Made by a program: the position numbers and the translations under genes | Shown: positions 28,784-40,300 of the stretch, piece by piece | Position numbering within the stretch: the first letter of the stretch is position 1 | How the letters are laid out: each line of letters opens with the position of its first letter | Source: a virus | Taxonomy: Duplodnaviria > Caudoviricetes | Direction: 5' to 3' (one strand) | Length of the DNA stretch: 64,000 bases | IMG/VR virus record: IMGVR_UViG_3300012979_000036 | Span: 1-64,000 of that record | The notes under the pieces: generated by a model | What the model saw: only the letters and a program-made list of their open reading frames with translations | Database searches by the model: none | Told to the model about the DNA's origin: nothing

Positions 28784-29092
28784 ATGGGATATTTAACTTG
28801 TTTTGATATAACACTTTTAGAAGGAAGTGAAGATGAATTTCAAAAATTTCTAAAAGATTTAGCATTAGAATCTGATTATACAGATTTAAGAAATGGTTAC
28901 TTATATGATGCTAAATGGTATGATTGGGAAAAAGATGCTTTTAATGTATCTAAACGACATCCTAATATATATTTTTTAATAGATGGAAGTGGTGAAGAAA
29001 CAGGAGATATTTGGAAATATTATTGTTGTAATGGTAAATGTAAATATGTTGAACAGGTTTGGCCTGAAATAACTAAAGATGATTTAGAATAA
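28784..29092 (+). CDS. Hypothetical phage protein
   Basis: 102 aa; last gene before a terminator. Confidence 0.75.
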   Translation: MGYLTCFDITLLEGSEDEFQKFLKDLALESDYTDLRNGYLYDAKWYDWEKDAFNVSKRHPNIYFLIDGSGEETGDIWKYYCCNGKCKYVEQVWPEITKDDLE

Positions 29093-29114
29093 TAGTTAAA
29101 TGTTAATGTTGGAT

Positions 29115-29152
29115 AAGGGGAATAGTTATAATACTATTCCCCTTTTTTCTTT
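29115..29152 (+). terminator. Rho-independent terminator ending the replication/metabolism block
   Basis: 12-bp stem AAGGGGAATAGT/ACTATTCCCCTT, 6-nt loop, followed by a T-tract. Confidence 0.88.
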
Positions 29153-29200
29153 AACTTACTATAAATTTGATAATTACATATAAAAATATTGTTAATTTTA

Positions 29201-29231
29201 TTTGAGAATTAATAAATTCTAACTATATTTG
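29201..29231 (+). promoter_or_regulatory. Bacteroidota sigma-A-type promoter upstream of the RNAP gene
   Basis: TTTG (29201-04), 19-nt spacer, TATATTTG (29224-31); matches the TTTG-N19-21-TAnnTTTG consensus. Confidence 0.75.
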
Positions 29232-29258
29232 TACATTAAATTTTAAATAATTATAATT

Positions 29259-32200
29259 ATGATTAATTGTAGCGTATTAACACCTCATGTTAAGGAGTTA
29301 GGTAAAAAACTTAATATAGAAAATGAGACTCTATTGAGAGGTTTATTTACTGTATGGAGAAGTAATAACCCTGATAAACTTGATAATGAGATAACAGAAG
29401 CTGATTTAAAAGAATTATTAAAAGAAAATTCTCAAATACTAGAAACTAAACCAATTAAAGTTTCTAGATTAGAAACAGATCCTAATATTATTTCAATTAA
29501 TGTAAGTACTCCTAGAGCTAAACTTAATGCTTCTATAGATGCTAATCTTCAAGCTAAAAGAACAAAACTTATTGCAGATACATTTTATGATGTATGCGAT
29601 GAAGCTCTTGAAGAAAAGAAAGAAGAACTAAGAGAAAAAGGAGATTTTCAAACTATTATGGAGTGGGAGTCTTCTGTATATGGTAGAGCTAAAGGTATTA
29701 AAACACTTCCTGTTAAAGATTTATTAAGAAGACTTCAAAACAGATTTAGAGAAGCAGCTTCTATTAGTGAAGAATGGCAAAAGATTTGGGATAATTTTGT
29801 ACCTCTTCTTGAAGATGCTTGTGTTCAAATTGAAAGAGATTCTGGTTTAAGACTTACTATTAAATCTTCTCTTACATCTGATGGTACTAATACTAAAAGA
29901 GAATTAGGAGGCACATTTACAGAAATTACTGAAGATGAAGATCCTAATATGCAAGATAATACTGAAGGAGAAGCCACTGATAATAATGAGCTTTGTACTT
30001 ACAAAGCTAGACATACAGATCCTCATGCTACAGTATCTCTTACAACTAAACATATATTAAGAAGAATACCTCAATTAAATGAAGATTCCACTGTAAGAGA
30101 AGATGATTTAGGAAATATTGAATATGTTAATGAAGAATATGCTCATGCTGTTTTAGTACAAAAGTTATCAGAAATGAGCGATCCTGATGATTTTGCTATA
30201 TTTGAAAGAGATGAAGAAGGTAATATTATCAATCCTAGATTTCCTTTATTAGAACAAATTGCTGTAGAAGCTCCTTGGGTAACAGGTCTTATTGATATAC
30301 TAGAATCAGAACCTGAAAAAATACCTGCTTTTTATCACGACTTTAGGAATAGTTTTGTATCTTATTATATGTATAAGAATGGTATTCTTATGCCTATGAA
30401 TAGATCTAATATAGTAGGTTCTACTATGGCTCAAATTAAGAGAGATTATGAGCAAGGTAATACTCTTACTTCTCATAGTATCTATGATAATATGGGTAAA
30501 ATTAATCTCAATTCTGTAGAACCTCTTTCTGCTTTAAGTGTTGAAATTGAAGATTTAGTAGACGACTTAGATTCAGAAAATGAAGAAGAAGTAGCGATCG
30601 TTCTTGATAAAGCTGTAGAACTATTTAAATCTATAGGAATGAATGTAAGAGGTAATGCTCTTAAATCTCTTTTATTAAAAGATACAAACCATACAGCTTT
30701 TAAAAATGCTCTTTCTACGGTAGATTTTATTATAGAGCATCTTGATGAAGTAGGAGACGAACACTTGGTAACAAAGTTTAATTCTTCATATGTAGAACTT
30801 AGTAAACTTGTAGGAGATGTTTCAGATCTTGAAAACATGGCTTCTTTTAGACAAGGTAAGAAAACATATTATTCATATTCTGCTCCTAATTTTGCTGACA
30901 ATCAAATAGCACAATTGAAGAAAGATTCTGCTCCTACATATATTGATAGAGAATTTGGATTTGATGAGTTCTTTTTTAAGAATGGAGAATATAGAAATAA
31001 ATGGTTAGCTTGGTTAAGAACTGATGAGAATGTTAGAAAAAATCTTGCTACATTTGATTTAAAGACTATTAATTGGTTTGGAGAAAATGTAGATTACACA
31101 GAATGGACTCCCGAATTGATTGATAAAGCTTTTATATCAGCTTATTTTTCAGCAGGTTATAACGAAGCATCTCAAACACAGTATGCGTATTATCACTATC
31201 CTATCTTCTCAGATTCTCCTGTAGCTAAGTTTATTAAAATGCCTAGATTTACAGGTAAAATTGAAGAAATTAAAGGCAATGTTCTTCCTCTCTTAAGAGA
31301 AGTAGTACTTCAAGAATGTGATAGAATACAACTGGTGCTTGATAGAGAAAAAGCAGGAGCCGCTAAAATATCTAATTTTGATGGTAAGCGAGGTAAGCAA
31401 TTCTGTTTCTTCCCACAATTAAATGGAGTTAATCCTGAAACAGGTAATAACTATTTAACTGACATTATTGAATTTAATAAAAGTGGAGATGTTGAAGGTA
31501 GAAATGCTTACATAGAAAAAGCTCTTGATAAAATAATGAGAGTTAATTTTATTAAGTTCTCACTTACTACAAATGCACTTACCGAAGATGAACTTAAAAC
31601 TTTGGGTCATGGTCATTTAACTGCTAAAGAAGCTTTAGAAGAGTACTATTGGAATAGTGTTTATGCTCAAACGCAACTTATCCAAATGACTGCTTGTGAT
31701 CTAGCTTTTTATAAAAATGCTGTAGATTTTCAGAAAAGATACAAACAAGTATATGCTGCTGGTAAGAGATTGTTTACTAATTCTAAATATGGTAGAAAAT
31801 TTGAAAATGTAATCTATCTTAAAGACTTAGAAGTTACTTATTCTAAATTAGAAGCACTTAAAACTGCTCTCGAAAAAGCAGTATCTGAAGGTAGAATTTC
31901 TAAAATGGACAGAGATGCTATTTTAGATTCTTACAGAAAAGTAAATGCTACAGATGCTCAAGGTTTTAGAAGTATGACTTCATATAGAGCTGTACTTGAT
32001 ATGATGGGTCAATGGAATCCTGTAATGGAAGATGCTCTTAATAAGATTAAAGCAGGTCAATGGGATATGTCTCATTATAATATAGTATGGCAAACTATCA
32101 AACCTTTCATGTTCGGTACTACTGTAAAACCAAATGGTAAAGGTGGTAAAATGAGAGTCATGCATCAAAATAAAGACTCTGAATTATTATTATTAGCAAT

Positions 32201-33340
32201 GTTTGATGTTATATCAGCAGATGCTTATTCTCCTCAAATAAGAGCTCTTAATGAGTTTATGGAGAGAAATAATATTGATTTGGCTCTTTATGAATCAGGA
32301 TGTAAAGTAGGTAATCAAGGTATTATTGATTTAAATTACAGTCAAGCAAGAATTAATGCTTTATACGAAGCAGGAAAATATACTTTTAATACAGGTAAAA
32401 CTATTGAAATAGTTAAAAAAGAAGGAGAATCTCCTATTAAAGCTATTAAGAACACTTTAGATGGACTTGTAGTTAGAGGTAAAATTACTTCAGAAGAGTA
32501 TGATGAAATATTTGAAGAATATCTTCCTTTAACTGGTAGAGAAGTATATGAAACTCTTGAACAAGCTGTTAATGTAAATGAAGTACAAGATGCTGATTTT
32601 AACAGAGGTGAAAGACCTAATGATACTCAATATTTCAATCCTGAAGTAGTGCACACATTCTCATATAATGATTATATGATTGCACAGCCTACTCCTGAAC
32701 ATTTAATGGATACTGAAACAATTTTTGGTTCACAATTTAGAAATCTTATTATAGCAGATTTACCTATTGATTTTGAAATTGAAGTTAATGGTAATAAGTA
32801 TAATAGAAAAGAAATAATTGATTTATATAATAGTTTAATTATTGATAACCTTCTTGATAGTTTTGATAAATTAAAAGAAGAATTTAAATCTATAGAAGCA
32901 GTACAACAAAAATTAAGAAGTATGGTTGAGGGTAATCCTAAGTTTGAAAAAGATATTCTTCAAGCTTTAGAGATTGTAGAAATAACTCATCCTGTTACAG
33001 GCAATAAAGTTAAAACTTTCAATATTCCTCTTAATAATCCTAGTACTACTGAAAAGTTACAAGAACTTATTTTATCAGCATTTAAAAATGGTATAACTAA
33101 ACAAAAGATTAAAGGAGGTAATGCTATTCTTTGTTCTAATGTTGGTTATACTGATGAACTTAAAAGAATTGTAGATGCAAATGGTACTTTGATAGGATAT
33201 GAGTGTTATCTTCCTGCTACAAGTAAAAAATGGTTTGAACAACTACTTACTGAAGTAGAAGACGATACTGGTAATACTTATCAAATGCTTGATATAGAAA
33301 AACTTGATGATGAACTTAAAGATGCTTTAGGTTTTAGAAT
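29259..33340 (+). CDS. crAss-type giant DNA-dependent RNA polymerase, exon 1 of 3
   Basis: Ends ...DALGFR-I. Splicing continues into PTEHKYS...KGFLP...SGCDFDV|DKL; the spliced product is about 2328 aa. Confidence 0.88.
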
Positions 33341-33422
33341 TTAATCGAAAGATTGGGATTCGCTTGGAAAGAAATTTCCTTGAATAATAAATTGGGTGAA
33401 TTGCTGGAACATCCTTAAAAAA

Positions 33423-33453
33423 TTGCATATTTCAAATATATTTAGTATCTTTG
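33423..33453 (+). promoter_or_regulatory. Bacteroidota-type promoter inside intron 2 driving the HNH ORF
   Basis: TTG (33423-25), 20-nt spacer, TATCTTTG (33446-53); ATG at 33477. Confidence 0.6.
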
Positions 33454-33476
33454 AATGTAAAAAGATATTAAAGTAT

Positions 33477-34043
33477 ATGGAAGAAGAATTATTTATTGTA
33501 AAATGTAGAATGGGTGAATTTCGTGATTATAGAATTACGAAAAGTGGTAAAATGTATAGCTACAGACAAGGTGGTATTTTAAAACCATTATCTATAGTAT
33601 TAGATAGTAGTGGTTATCCTATTGTAAGAATGAGAGATGATAATTATAAAACTCGTACAATAGCGGTACATAGAATTGTAGCAGATATGTTCATACCAAA
33701 TCCTAATAATTTGGAATGTATTAACCATAAAGACGAAGTTAAAACCAACAATTGTGTTGATAATCTAGAATGGTGTACAAAAGCTTATAATAATTGCTAT
33801 AATGATAAAGCTGTTAAAATAGGTTTAAAATTACGAGATTCTAATCCTAGAAAAAGAGCAGTAAATCAAATAGATGATAAAGGAAATATTTTAAACACTT
33901 TTAAATCTATTAGAGAAGCTGCGAGATTTTTAGGAGATGAAGATAGAGATTCTGCAATTTGTAATAGTTTAAAAACTGGTCAAAAGAGATATGGTTATTA
34001 TTGGAAATATGCTCATATTGAGGACAATCAGCAGCCAAGCTAA
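33477..34043 (+). CDS. Intron-encoded HNH homing endonuclease (NUMOD4-HNH-NUMOD1); true start probably 33477
   Basis: VHRIVADMFIPNPNNLECINHKDEVKTNNCVDNLEWCT, and FKSIREAARFLG...YYWKY. The last codons (EDNQQPS*) run into the ribozyme core. Confidence 0.92.
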   Translation: MEEELFIVKCRMGEFRDYRITKSGKMYSYRQGGILKPLSIVLDSSGYPIVRMRDDNYKTRTIAVHRIVADMFIPNPNNLECINHKDEVKTNNCVDNLEWCTKAYNNCYNDKAVKIGLKLRDSNPRKRAVNQIDDKGNILNTFKSIREAARFLGDEDRDSAICNSLKTGQKRYGYYWKYAHIEDNQQPS

Positions 34044-34211
34044 ACTTAGGATAAAGGAGTTTAGAAGGTTCAGAGACTAGGAGAGTGAGCCTAACAATAA
34101 TCTCTCCCACGAGTGCCCAACACCTTAACGTAAAGACGAAGGTGAAGATATAGTCCGCGCTTTATGGTAACATAAAGAAGTCAGAATAAAGAGTCTGACG
34201 ATAACAAACCG

Positions 34212-34335
34212 ACCAACCGAACATAAATACAGTATGGTTCCTTTAATTATTAAAGGATTCTTGCCTCAACAAAACGGTTCATCAATAATGGTAGCTAAAG
34301 AAATTACTACTGCTTCTGGATGTGATTTTGACGTT
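34212..34335 (+). CDS. RNA polymerase exon 2 (41 codons, missed by ORF track)
   Basis: PTEHKYSMVPLIIKGFLPQQNGSSIMVAKEITTASGCDFDV, flanked by two intron cores. Confidence 0.9.
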
Positions 34336-34586
34336 AAACAAGTTGATGTCATTAAACCCCTTTAACTGCTGGAAAATCTTAACAAGTAATGTTGAAGACA
34401 ATCAGCAACGAAGCCCTAATGGGAACGCTCAACGACTATCGAAAAGATAATATAGGAGAAATACCTATATGAATAACTGAGTAGAGTACACTTAAATGTG
34501 GAAATGGGGGGCAATTTACAAAGGTTAACACAATGTAAATTGAAGATATAGTCTCATCTTTATGGAAACATAAAGTTAAGAAAATG
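34336..34586 (+). mobile_element. Group I intron (251 nt, no ORF) inserted inside the RNAP catalytic DFDVD motif
   Basis: Exon end UGACGUU pairs with IGS GAUGUCA (34345-51). Core TAACTGCTGGAA, GACAATCAGCAAC, CAACGACTA, AAGATATAGTCT; P9 CTTTATG-GAAA-CATAAAG; ends in G at 34586. Confidence 0.93.
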
Positions 34587-37367
34587 GACAAACTCTTCTT
34601 AATGTTGTATAATTTCTATATAGGAAAAGATGGTAAAGCTCATAAAGTTGCACCTCCTAATCCTAAAGAAAAACCAACTGAAGAATGGACTAAAGAAGAA
34701 AGAGATAACATGATAATGGACATCTCCAGAGCTATTCTTACTCATCCTGCTATGGGATGGATTAATTCAAAACCTGGTAGTTTTGATACTCTCAAAAGAC
34801 AAGCTAGAAAAGCTAGAATATTAGAATCTCCTAACATAATGACTAAGTTTTATCAAACTTATGGGATTCAATCTGGTGCTGATTTTGAAGCTAAAATTGA
34901 GAGTATGGATTTAGACGAATTAACAGATTTTGTAAATGAATATTCTGAAGAAATTAATCCATTAGAACTTACTACTTTTAAAAGATTTCATAAGCAAAAT
35001 ATGACTGGTGGAGCATTGATTGGTATTTATGCTAATAATACTACAATGCAAGCTAAATTTCAAGAAACATCATTAGCAATTAAAGATGCTTATACTATAA
35101 CAGTTAATGGTGTAACATACAAAAGTTTATCAGATATTTACTCTCAAGATGGCAAATTAATATCTTTTAATTGTTCTGAATCATCAGCTGCATCAGTAGA
35201 TAATGTTAAAGACCCTGTACTTGCAGATTTAATGCAAGATACTAATACTGCTAAAATTCTTTGTTTACTTCTTAGAACTGGTATGCCTATTAAAGATGCT
35301 TGCGCTTTCTTTAATATTCCTATGATTAGAAATTATATTAGAAATGGTGGAGATTTAAATAAATTTGATGGGTTAGCAAAGCAAATTTTACAAGTTATTG
35401 AAGATGTATTTGCTTATAGTGATAGCAATAAAGCTAAAACTATTGCTAGCTATAAAAAAGATAATATTAACACTTCTGAAATAATTGATCATATTGCATA
35501 TAGTTATTTTACACCAACAGGAGAACAAGAAACTTTAAAAGATTTAGTTAGATATTTAATGTCAGATGCTTCTGTTGAACTTAAAAAAGAAAAAGTGGCT
35601 AAAGCTGGTTATGCAACAGAAGATGCAAAAGAATTTTTAATAAATTATCTTAGACAAGATGCTAAATATTTAGCAGTATTTGGCAACATTGCTAAAATTT
35701 CTGAAGATTTAAGAAAACTTACTAAAGTTTCTAGAGCAGACTCTCCTAACGGTGCTATTAAACATAATATTGAAGAGGCTGTAATTCAAGTAAGAATGGT
35801 AGATTTAATTCATATTAAAGAAGAAGAATCTACTCTTGAAGGATTAGGACAGACTCTTAAAAATGGTAGAGTTAAATTTAGCGATTCTAGAGCCAAAATG
35901 AAAACTACTTTTATGAGGAGTCCTCTTGCTAGATTACAAGCATTTCATACATTAGGTATTGAATTACCTCTTCAAATGGTTGGTAAATATTTTGTACAAA
36001 CTAATAAATGGATGCAAGAGAAAACTTTAGAACTGTTTAATCAGTCTCCTAGTGGTGTTTTAAGCGCTAATCAATTAAAATCTTTTTATCAAGCATTAAC
36101 TTATTATTATCTTACCAGTATTGCTACATTTGGTAATGATGGTATACATACTTTTGAAGAGAAAAGAGATTGGTATATTTATGAGTTTCCTAAATATTTT
36201 GTAAATCTTAGAAATGAACATCCCGAATTAAATCAGAATTCTGTTATACAAAAACTTGAAATTGAATCAGGTAAAGTATTAATGAAGAGAGGTGGTAAAC
36301 TTACTCCAACACAAAGACAAATGATTTCTAATACCATTACAAATCTTTTGTATGGAGATGAGATGCATATTAAACTTGCTGCAGATTTAATGCTTTATAG
36401 TTTCTATACTACAGGTATGAATTTTGGACCTGATAATTTTGGTATGTTCTTTAATGTAGATTTTTATAATCAATTTCCTGAATATGTAGATGCTCTTAGA
36501 AAGATGCAGTTTTATGTAAATGAGCACGCTAATAATAATTTGATGCAAAATTTTATGGATCAATTTTATGCTATACATGGAACTTACTTTACAGCTCATA
36601 GAGAAGCTCCTAAAAAAGGTGTAATACCAGATCCAGAGTTGCAGTTTGAAGTTAAATCAGTACAGAATACTAATATTAAAGGTAAGCCTTGGAAATATCT
36701 TACTATTAATTATCAACTTGAAGAAGAGGAAGAAGTTGAGAAAGATGGTGAAAAAAAGAAAGTTACTAAAACTGTTAAGTATTCTAAACTTTATAAACTA
36801 TCTAATGTAACTAATGAAACAGCTACTTATCACGAAATAGGAAGTATTTATGATCCGTTTACAGGAAAAAATAGATATAATGCAGCTCTTACTGCTTCTG
36901 AATTAACTCAAATAGTTCAATCAGAAGAAACTAAAAAGAAAGCTGAAGAACAAAAGAAATATTCTTATAAACGTGGTGCTAGAAAAGCTGAAGTTGAAAG
37001 ACTTAAGGATGAAAGATTAGGAGATATTAACATGCTTAATGCTCTTGCTTTTATGGAAGGTCAAAACTTTGAAGAAATACCTGATAATTTACCTCCTGCT
37101 TATACAGGATATGAAGGTATAAATGCTGAAGATGCTGTTAGATATTTAGAAGAAAATAATAATGAAGGAATTAATGATGATGCTGCTACAGGATCGTTTG
37201 ATTTAAGTCAGTTTGAAGGAGATAATTCTGAATTTGATGATTCTATATATGGTCAATTTGATAATATAGATTTAGAATCATTATTAGAAGGATTAGAACT
37301 TCCTGAAAATATTGAAGATTACTTACCAGAAGAAGGAAATAACCAGTTAGAAGACCCAATGTGTTAA
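34587..37367 (+). CDS. RNA polymerase exon 3 of 3
   Basis: Begins DKLFLM, completing DFDV|DK; also IGIYANN and SSAASVDNVKDP; acidic C-terminus. Confidence 0.88.
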   Translation, partial: DKLFLMLYNFYIGKDGKAHKVAPPNPKEKPTEEWTKEERDNMIMDISRAILTHPAMGWINSKPGSFDTLKRQARKARILESPNIMTKFYQTYGIQSGADFEAKIESMDLDELTDFVNEYSEEINPLELTTFKRFHKQNMTGGALIGIYANNTTMQAKFQETSLAIKDAYTITVNGVTYKSLSDIYSQDGKLISFNCSESSAASVDNVKDPVLADLMQDTNTAKILCLLLRTGMPIKDACAFFNIPMIRNYIRNGGDLNKFDGLAKQILQVIEDVFAYSDSNKAKTIASYKKDNINTSEIIDHIAYSYFTPTGEQETLKDLVRYLMSDASVELKKEKVAKAGYATEDAKEFLINYLRQDAKYLAVFGNIAKISEDLRKLTKVSRADSPNGAIKHNIEEAVIQVRMVDLIHIKEEESTLEGLGQTLKNGRVKFSDSRAKMKTTFMRSPLARLQAFHTLGIELPLQMVGKYFVQTNKWMQEKTLELFNQSPSGVLSANQLKSFYQALTYYYLTSIATFGNDGIHTFEEKRDWYIYEFPKYFVNLRNEHPELNQNSVIQKLEIESGKVLMKRGGKLTPTQRQMISNTITNLLYGDEMHIKLAADLMLYSFYTTGMNFGPDNFGMFFNVDFYNQFPEYVDALRKMQFYVNEHANNNLMQNFMDQFYAIHGTYFTAHREAPKKGVIPDPELQFEVKSVQNTNIKGKPWKYLTINYQLEEEEEVEKDGEKKKVTKTVKYSKLYKLSNVTNETATYHEIGSIYDPFTGKNRYNAALTASELTQIVQSEETKKKAEEQKKYSYKRGARKAEVERLKDERLGDINMLNALAFMEGQNFEEIPDNLPPAYTGYEGINAEDAVRYLEENNNEGINDDAATGSFDLSQFEGDNSEFDDSIYGQFDNIDLESLLEGLELPENIEDYLPEEGNNQLEDPMC

Positions 37368-37368
37368 T

Positions 37369-40300
37369 ATGAAATGTACTTATATACCAAGTAAAGGAGC
37401 TAATTTATTTAGGCAACTTAAAAAACAGTTTGGTTATGAATTAGCAAAAGATATATTTTTACGAGCTATAAGTCCAAGATTCATTGAAGATTTTAGGAAA
37501 ACCCTCAGTTTAGATGCTGAGGGTATTCCTTCTTTTGAATCTGTAATGAATAATTCTTGGATGAAAAAATTTATAGGAGATACTCGTATTCTTGAAAGTT
37601 TAAATACCTTTAAACCATTAGAAGATACTTTAGAAAACTTTAATATTTGTTTAGAAGAAGCTTATAGATTTAATAATAATGATGATTATGATAGCTATAT
37701 AGCTACTGTAGAATATACTGATACTGGAAAGATTGTAACTAAAGTATCTCCTAAAACTACAGAAGCTGTAGAAAAGTTTAATAATCAATATGGTACATAC
37801 AAACTTAATAAATCCTTAGCTAATACTTTTGAATCTATAGGAGTTACTGTAGGAATGCTTACAGAAGCAGAAGTAAATGCTGGTAGAATTGGTAATATTG
37901 ATTTTTCTAAAGCTAAAAGAATTGCTCAAGATTTTAAATCTATTATTAGAGTAGCTAATAATATGGAAGGAGCACAAGCTATTAGTGAAGAATTTTCTCA
38001 TTTGGTGGTAGCATTATTTAGACAAGAACCTTTAACTGTAAGAGCTTTAAATACTTTAAAAAATAATGAAGAAGCTCTTAGAAAGGTCTTAGGAGAGGAT
38101 TATCAAGATGTGTATGACTATCATAATGGTAATTTAGAATTAATAGCAGAAGAAGCTTTAGGGCAACTTCTTCAAAAAAATTTGATTGCTCAACAAATAG
38201 AAACTGGTTATACTTCTTTTTTTAACAGAGTTAAAAATTTTATTATTAACAAGTTTAAAAATTTTAATTTATCAGATATAGATAAAGCTATTCAAGATGC
38301 TGATAATGCTATGAATAGCTTAGCTAAAAAGATTACAACTAATACTCTAGAAGCAACTAAAGAAGATATAGAAAATATTAATAGAGACGATTCTTTTAAT
38401 GCTCTTTCTAAAAGAGTTGAAAGAAATATTAATATTCTTAAAAATGCTATTAAAGTTGAAACTAAAAGATTTAAAATCAATACAGATGTAGATGCAGAGT
38501 CTATTAAACTTCTTATATCAGAACTTAGAAAACATAGTGGTGAAACTAGTAATACTGTAGCAGGTTTAGGTATATATGCTGAAAATGCAATAGAAAATCT
38601 TAAAGAATTATATAATGGTTTAAGTAATACTAATGGTATGGATCTTAATGCTAGAGCTATACAATTAAGAAAAGTATTACAATATTTACAATCGTACGGT
38701 AAATTTATAGAAGAACTTACATCAGCTTATAATGAAGAAAGAGATTTAGAAGATAATATTTTTAATATTAAAGTAACTGAAGATACTACTTTAGGAGATT
38801 TATTTGATATATTAAATGGTTTAAATACTAAATTAAGTAATGAATTTAAAAATCAATCTGTTACTTTATTTTCTGAATTTATAGAAGGTTATATTGATAA
38901 GCTTGATATTGAAGCTAGAGAACTTATTCAAACTGCTACTGGAGATATAGGTTTTATTGATAGGTGGCTTCAAAGTATGGAAGAATCATCTGATGTTCTT
39001 TTAAAAGTTTTTGATTTGGTTTCTAAAAAAGCTAAAGCTAAAGCACGACAATCTACTATTAAATCTATTCAAGAAATTCAAGCTTGGATGAAAAAAGCTG
39101 AAGAATTAGGATATACTGATTTTGAATGGATGTTTGAGCATAATAGCGAAGGGAATAAAACTGGTAATTATATTAGTGAAGTAAATTTAGGTGAATTTGA
39201 ATATCAATTAGATCTTTTCCTAAAAAATTTGGATGCCAAATACGGAAAAAACCCTGCTGGAGAACAAGCTAGAAAAAAGATAGCAGAAAAGAAAGCTTGG
39301 TTAGAAGCTAATTCTTTTGAGTATGCTAATAAAAGGTATCCTAAAAATGATGTTTGGAAAAACGATGAATATGTAAGTTTATCTACTGAACAAAAAACTC
39401 TTTTAAGAGAATTTAATGCTATAAAAGCTGAACTTGATAAACTTATTCCAGAAAGTAAATTAACATCAAATTTAGCAATTCAAATTAGAAAATCTAAAGG
39501 TCAGAGATTTATAGAGTCCGCTACATCTCCTTCTCAAATATTTGAGAATATTAAAAATGGTTTTAGAAGTGAGTTTTATGATTCTGAAGATGACGATCAA
39601 ATATTTGGTGCTACTGTAAGAAGAGGTCTTACAAACTTTGATGATACTGAATATATGGTTTTACCTGTACAATATACTAATAGATTAAAAAATCCTAATG
39701 AATTATCTACAGATGTTGTAGGCTCTTTAATGTCTTATGCTTTCATGTGTCATCAGTACCATGAATTAGAAAACATTATTAATCCTATGGAAATAGGTAG
39801 AACTATTGTTAAAGAAATGCGTAAAACTAAAAAAACTAGAGGTAAAAATCCTTTAGTTGAAAGAGTTGAAGCATTAGGAGATACTTACTATAATGATATT
39901 GTACATACTGAAGGTACTAATGCAATAAAGAAACTTGATGATTTCTTTGAAAGTCAAATTTATCAAAGATATATTAAAGACGAAGGTGTTATAGGTAAAT
40001 TTAATGTTGCTAAAACAGTTAATAAAGCTTTAGAATATTCTGCTATGGCTCAGTTAGGTTTTAACTGGTTAGCTAATATTGCCAATGTTGCACAAGGTAT
40101 TTGTATGGCTAATATTGAAGTAGCAGCAGGTCAATACTTTACTTTTACAGAACTTTTAAAAGCAGATAAAGAATATATTTCTTTAATGAAAGGTTTTATT
40201 CCTGAAATAGGAAGTAGAGTTAAAACTAACAAACTTTCTTTAATAGGTGATTATTTTAATCTAAAACAAGATTTTGACAAGCAAATTAAACGTTCTAATA

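Larger units (their letters stand above)
33341..34211 (+). mobile_element. Group I intron (IA2-like) with HNH ORF in the P5 loop; boundaries 33341-34211 or 33342-34212
   Basis: P1 hairpin UAAUC-GAAA-GAUUG plus IGS GAUUC; GTGAATTGCTGGAA, GGACAATCAGCAGCCAAGC, CAGAGACTA, AAGATATAGTCC; P3 TTGGGT/GCCCAA; P9 CTTTATG-GTAA-CATAAAG. Confidence 0.92.

Noticed and set aside
33396-33476. ORF-track start of the HNH gene at GTG 33396
   Set aside because: This GTG is part of the ribozyme P3/P4 element (GGGTGAATTGCTGG). The promoter and ATG at 33477 fit better.
33910-34110. Minus-strand 66-aa ORF
   Set aside because: It is antisense to the HNH end and intron core, with no motif.
34584-34586. ATG start of a separate 927-aa protein
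   Set aside because: The G is the intron's terminal nucleotide, and the downstream frame is RNAP exon 3.
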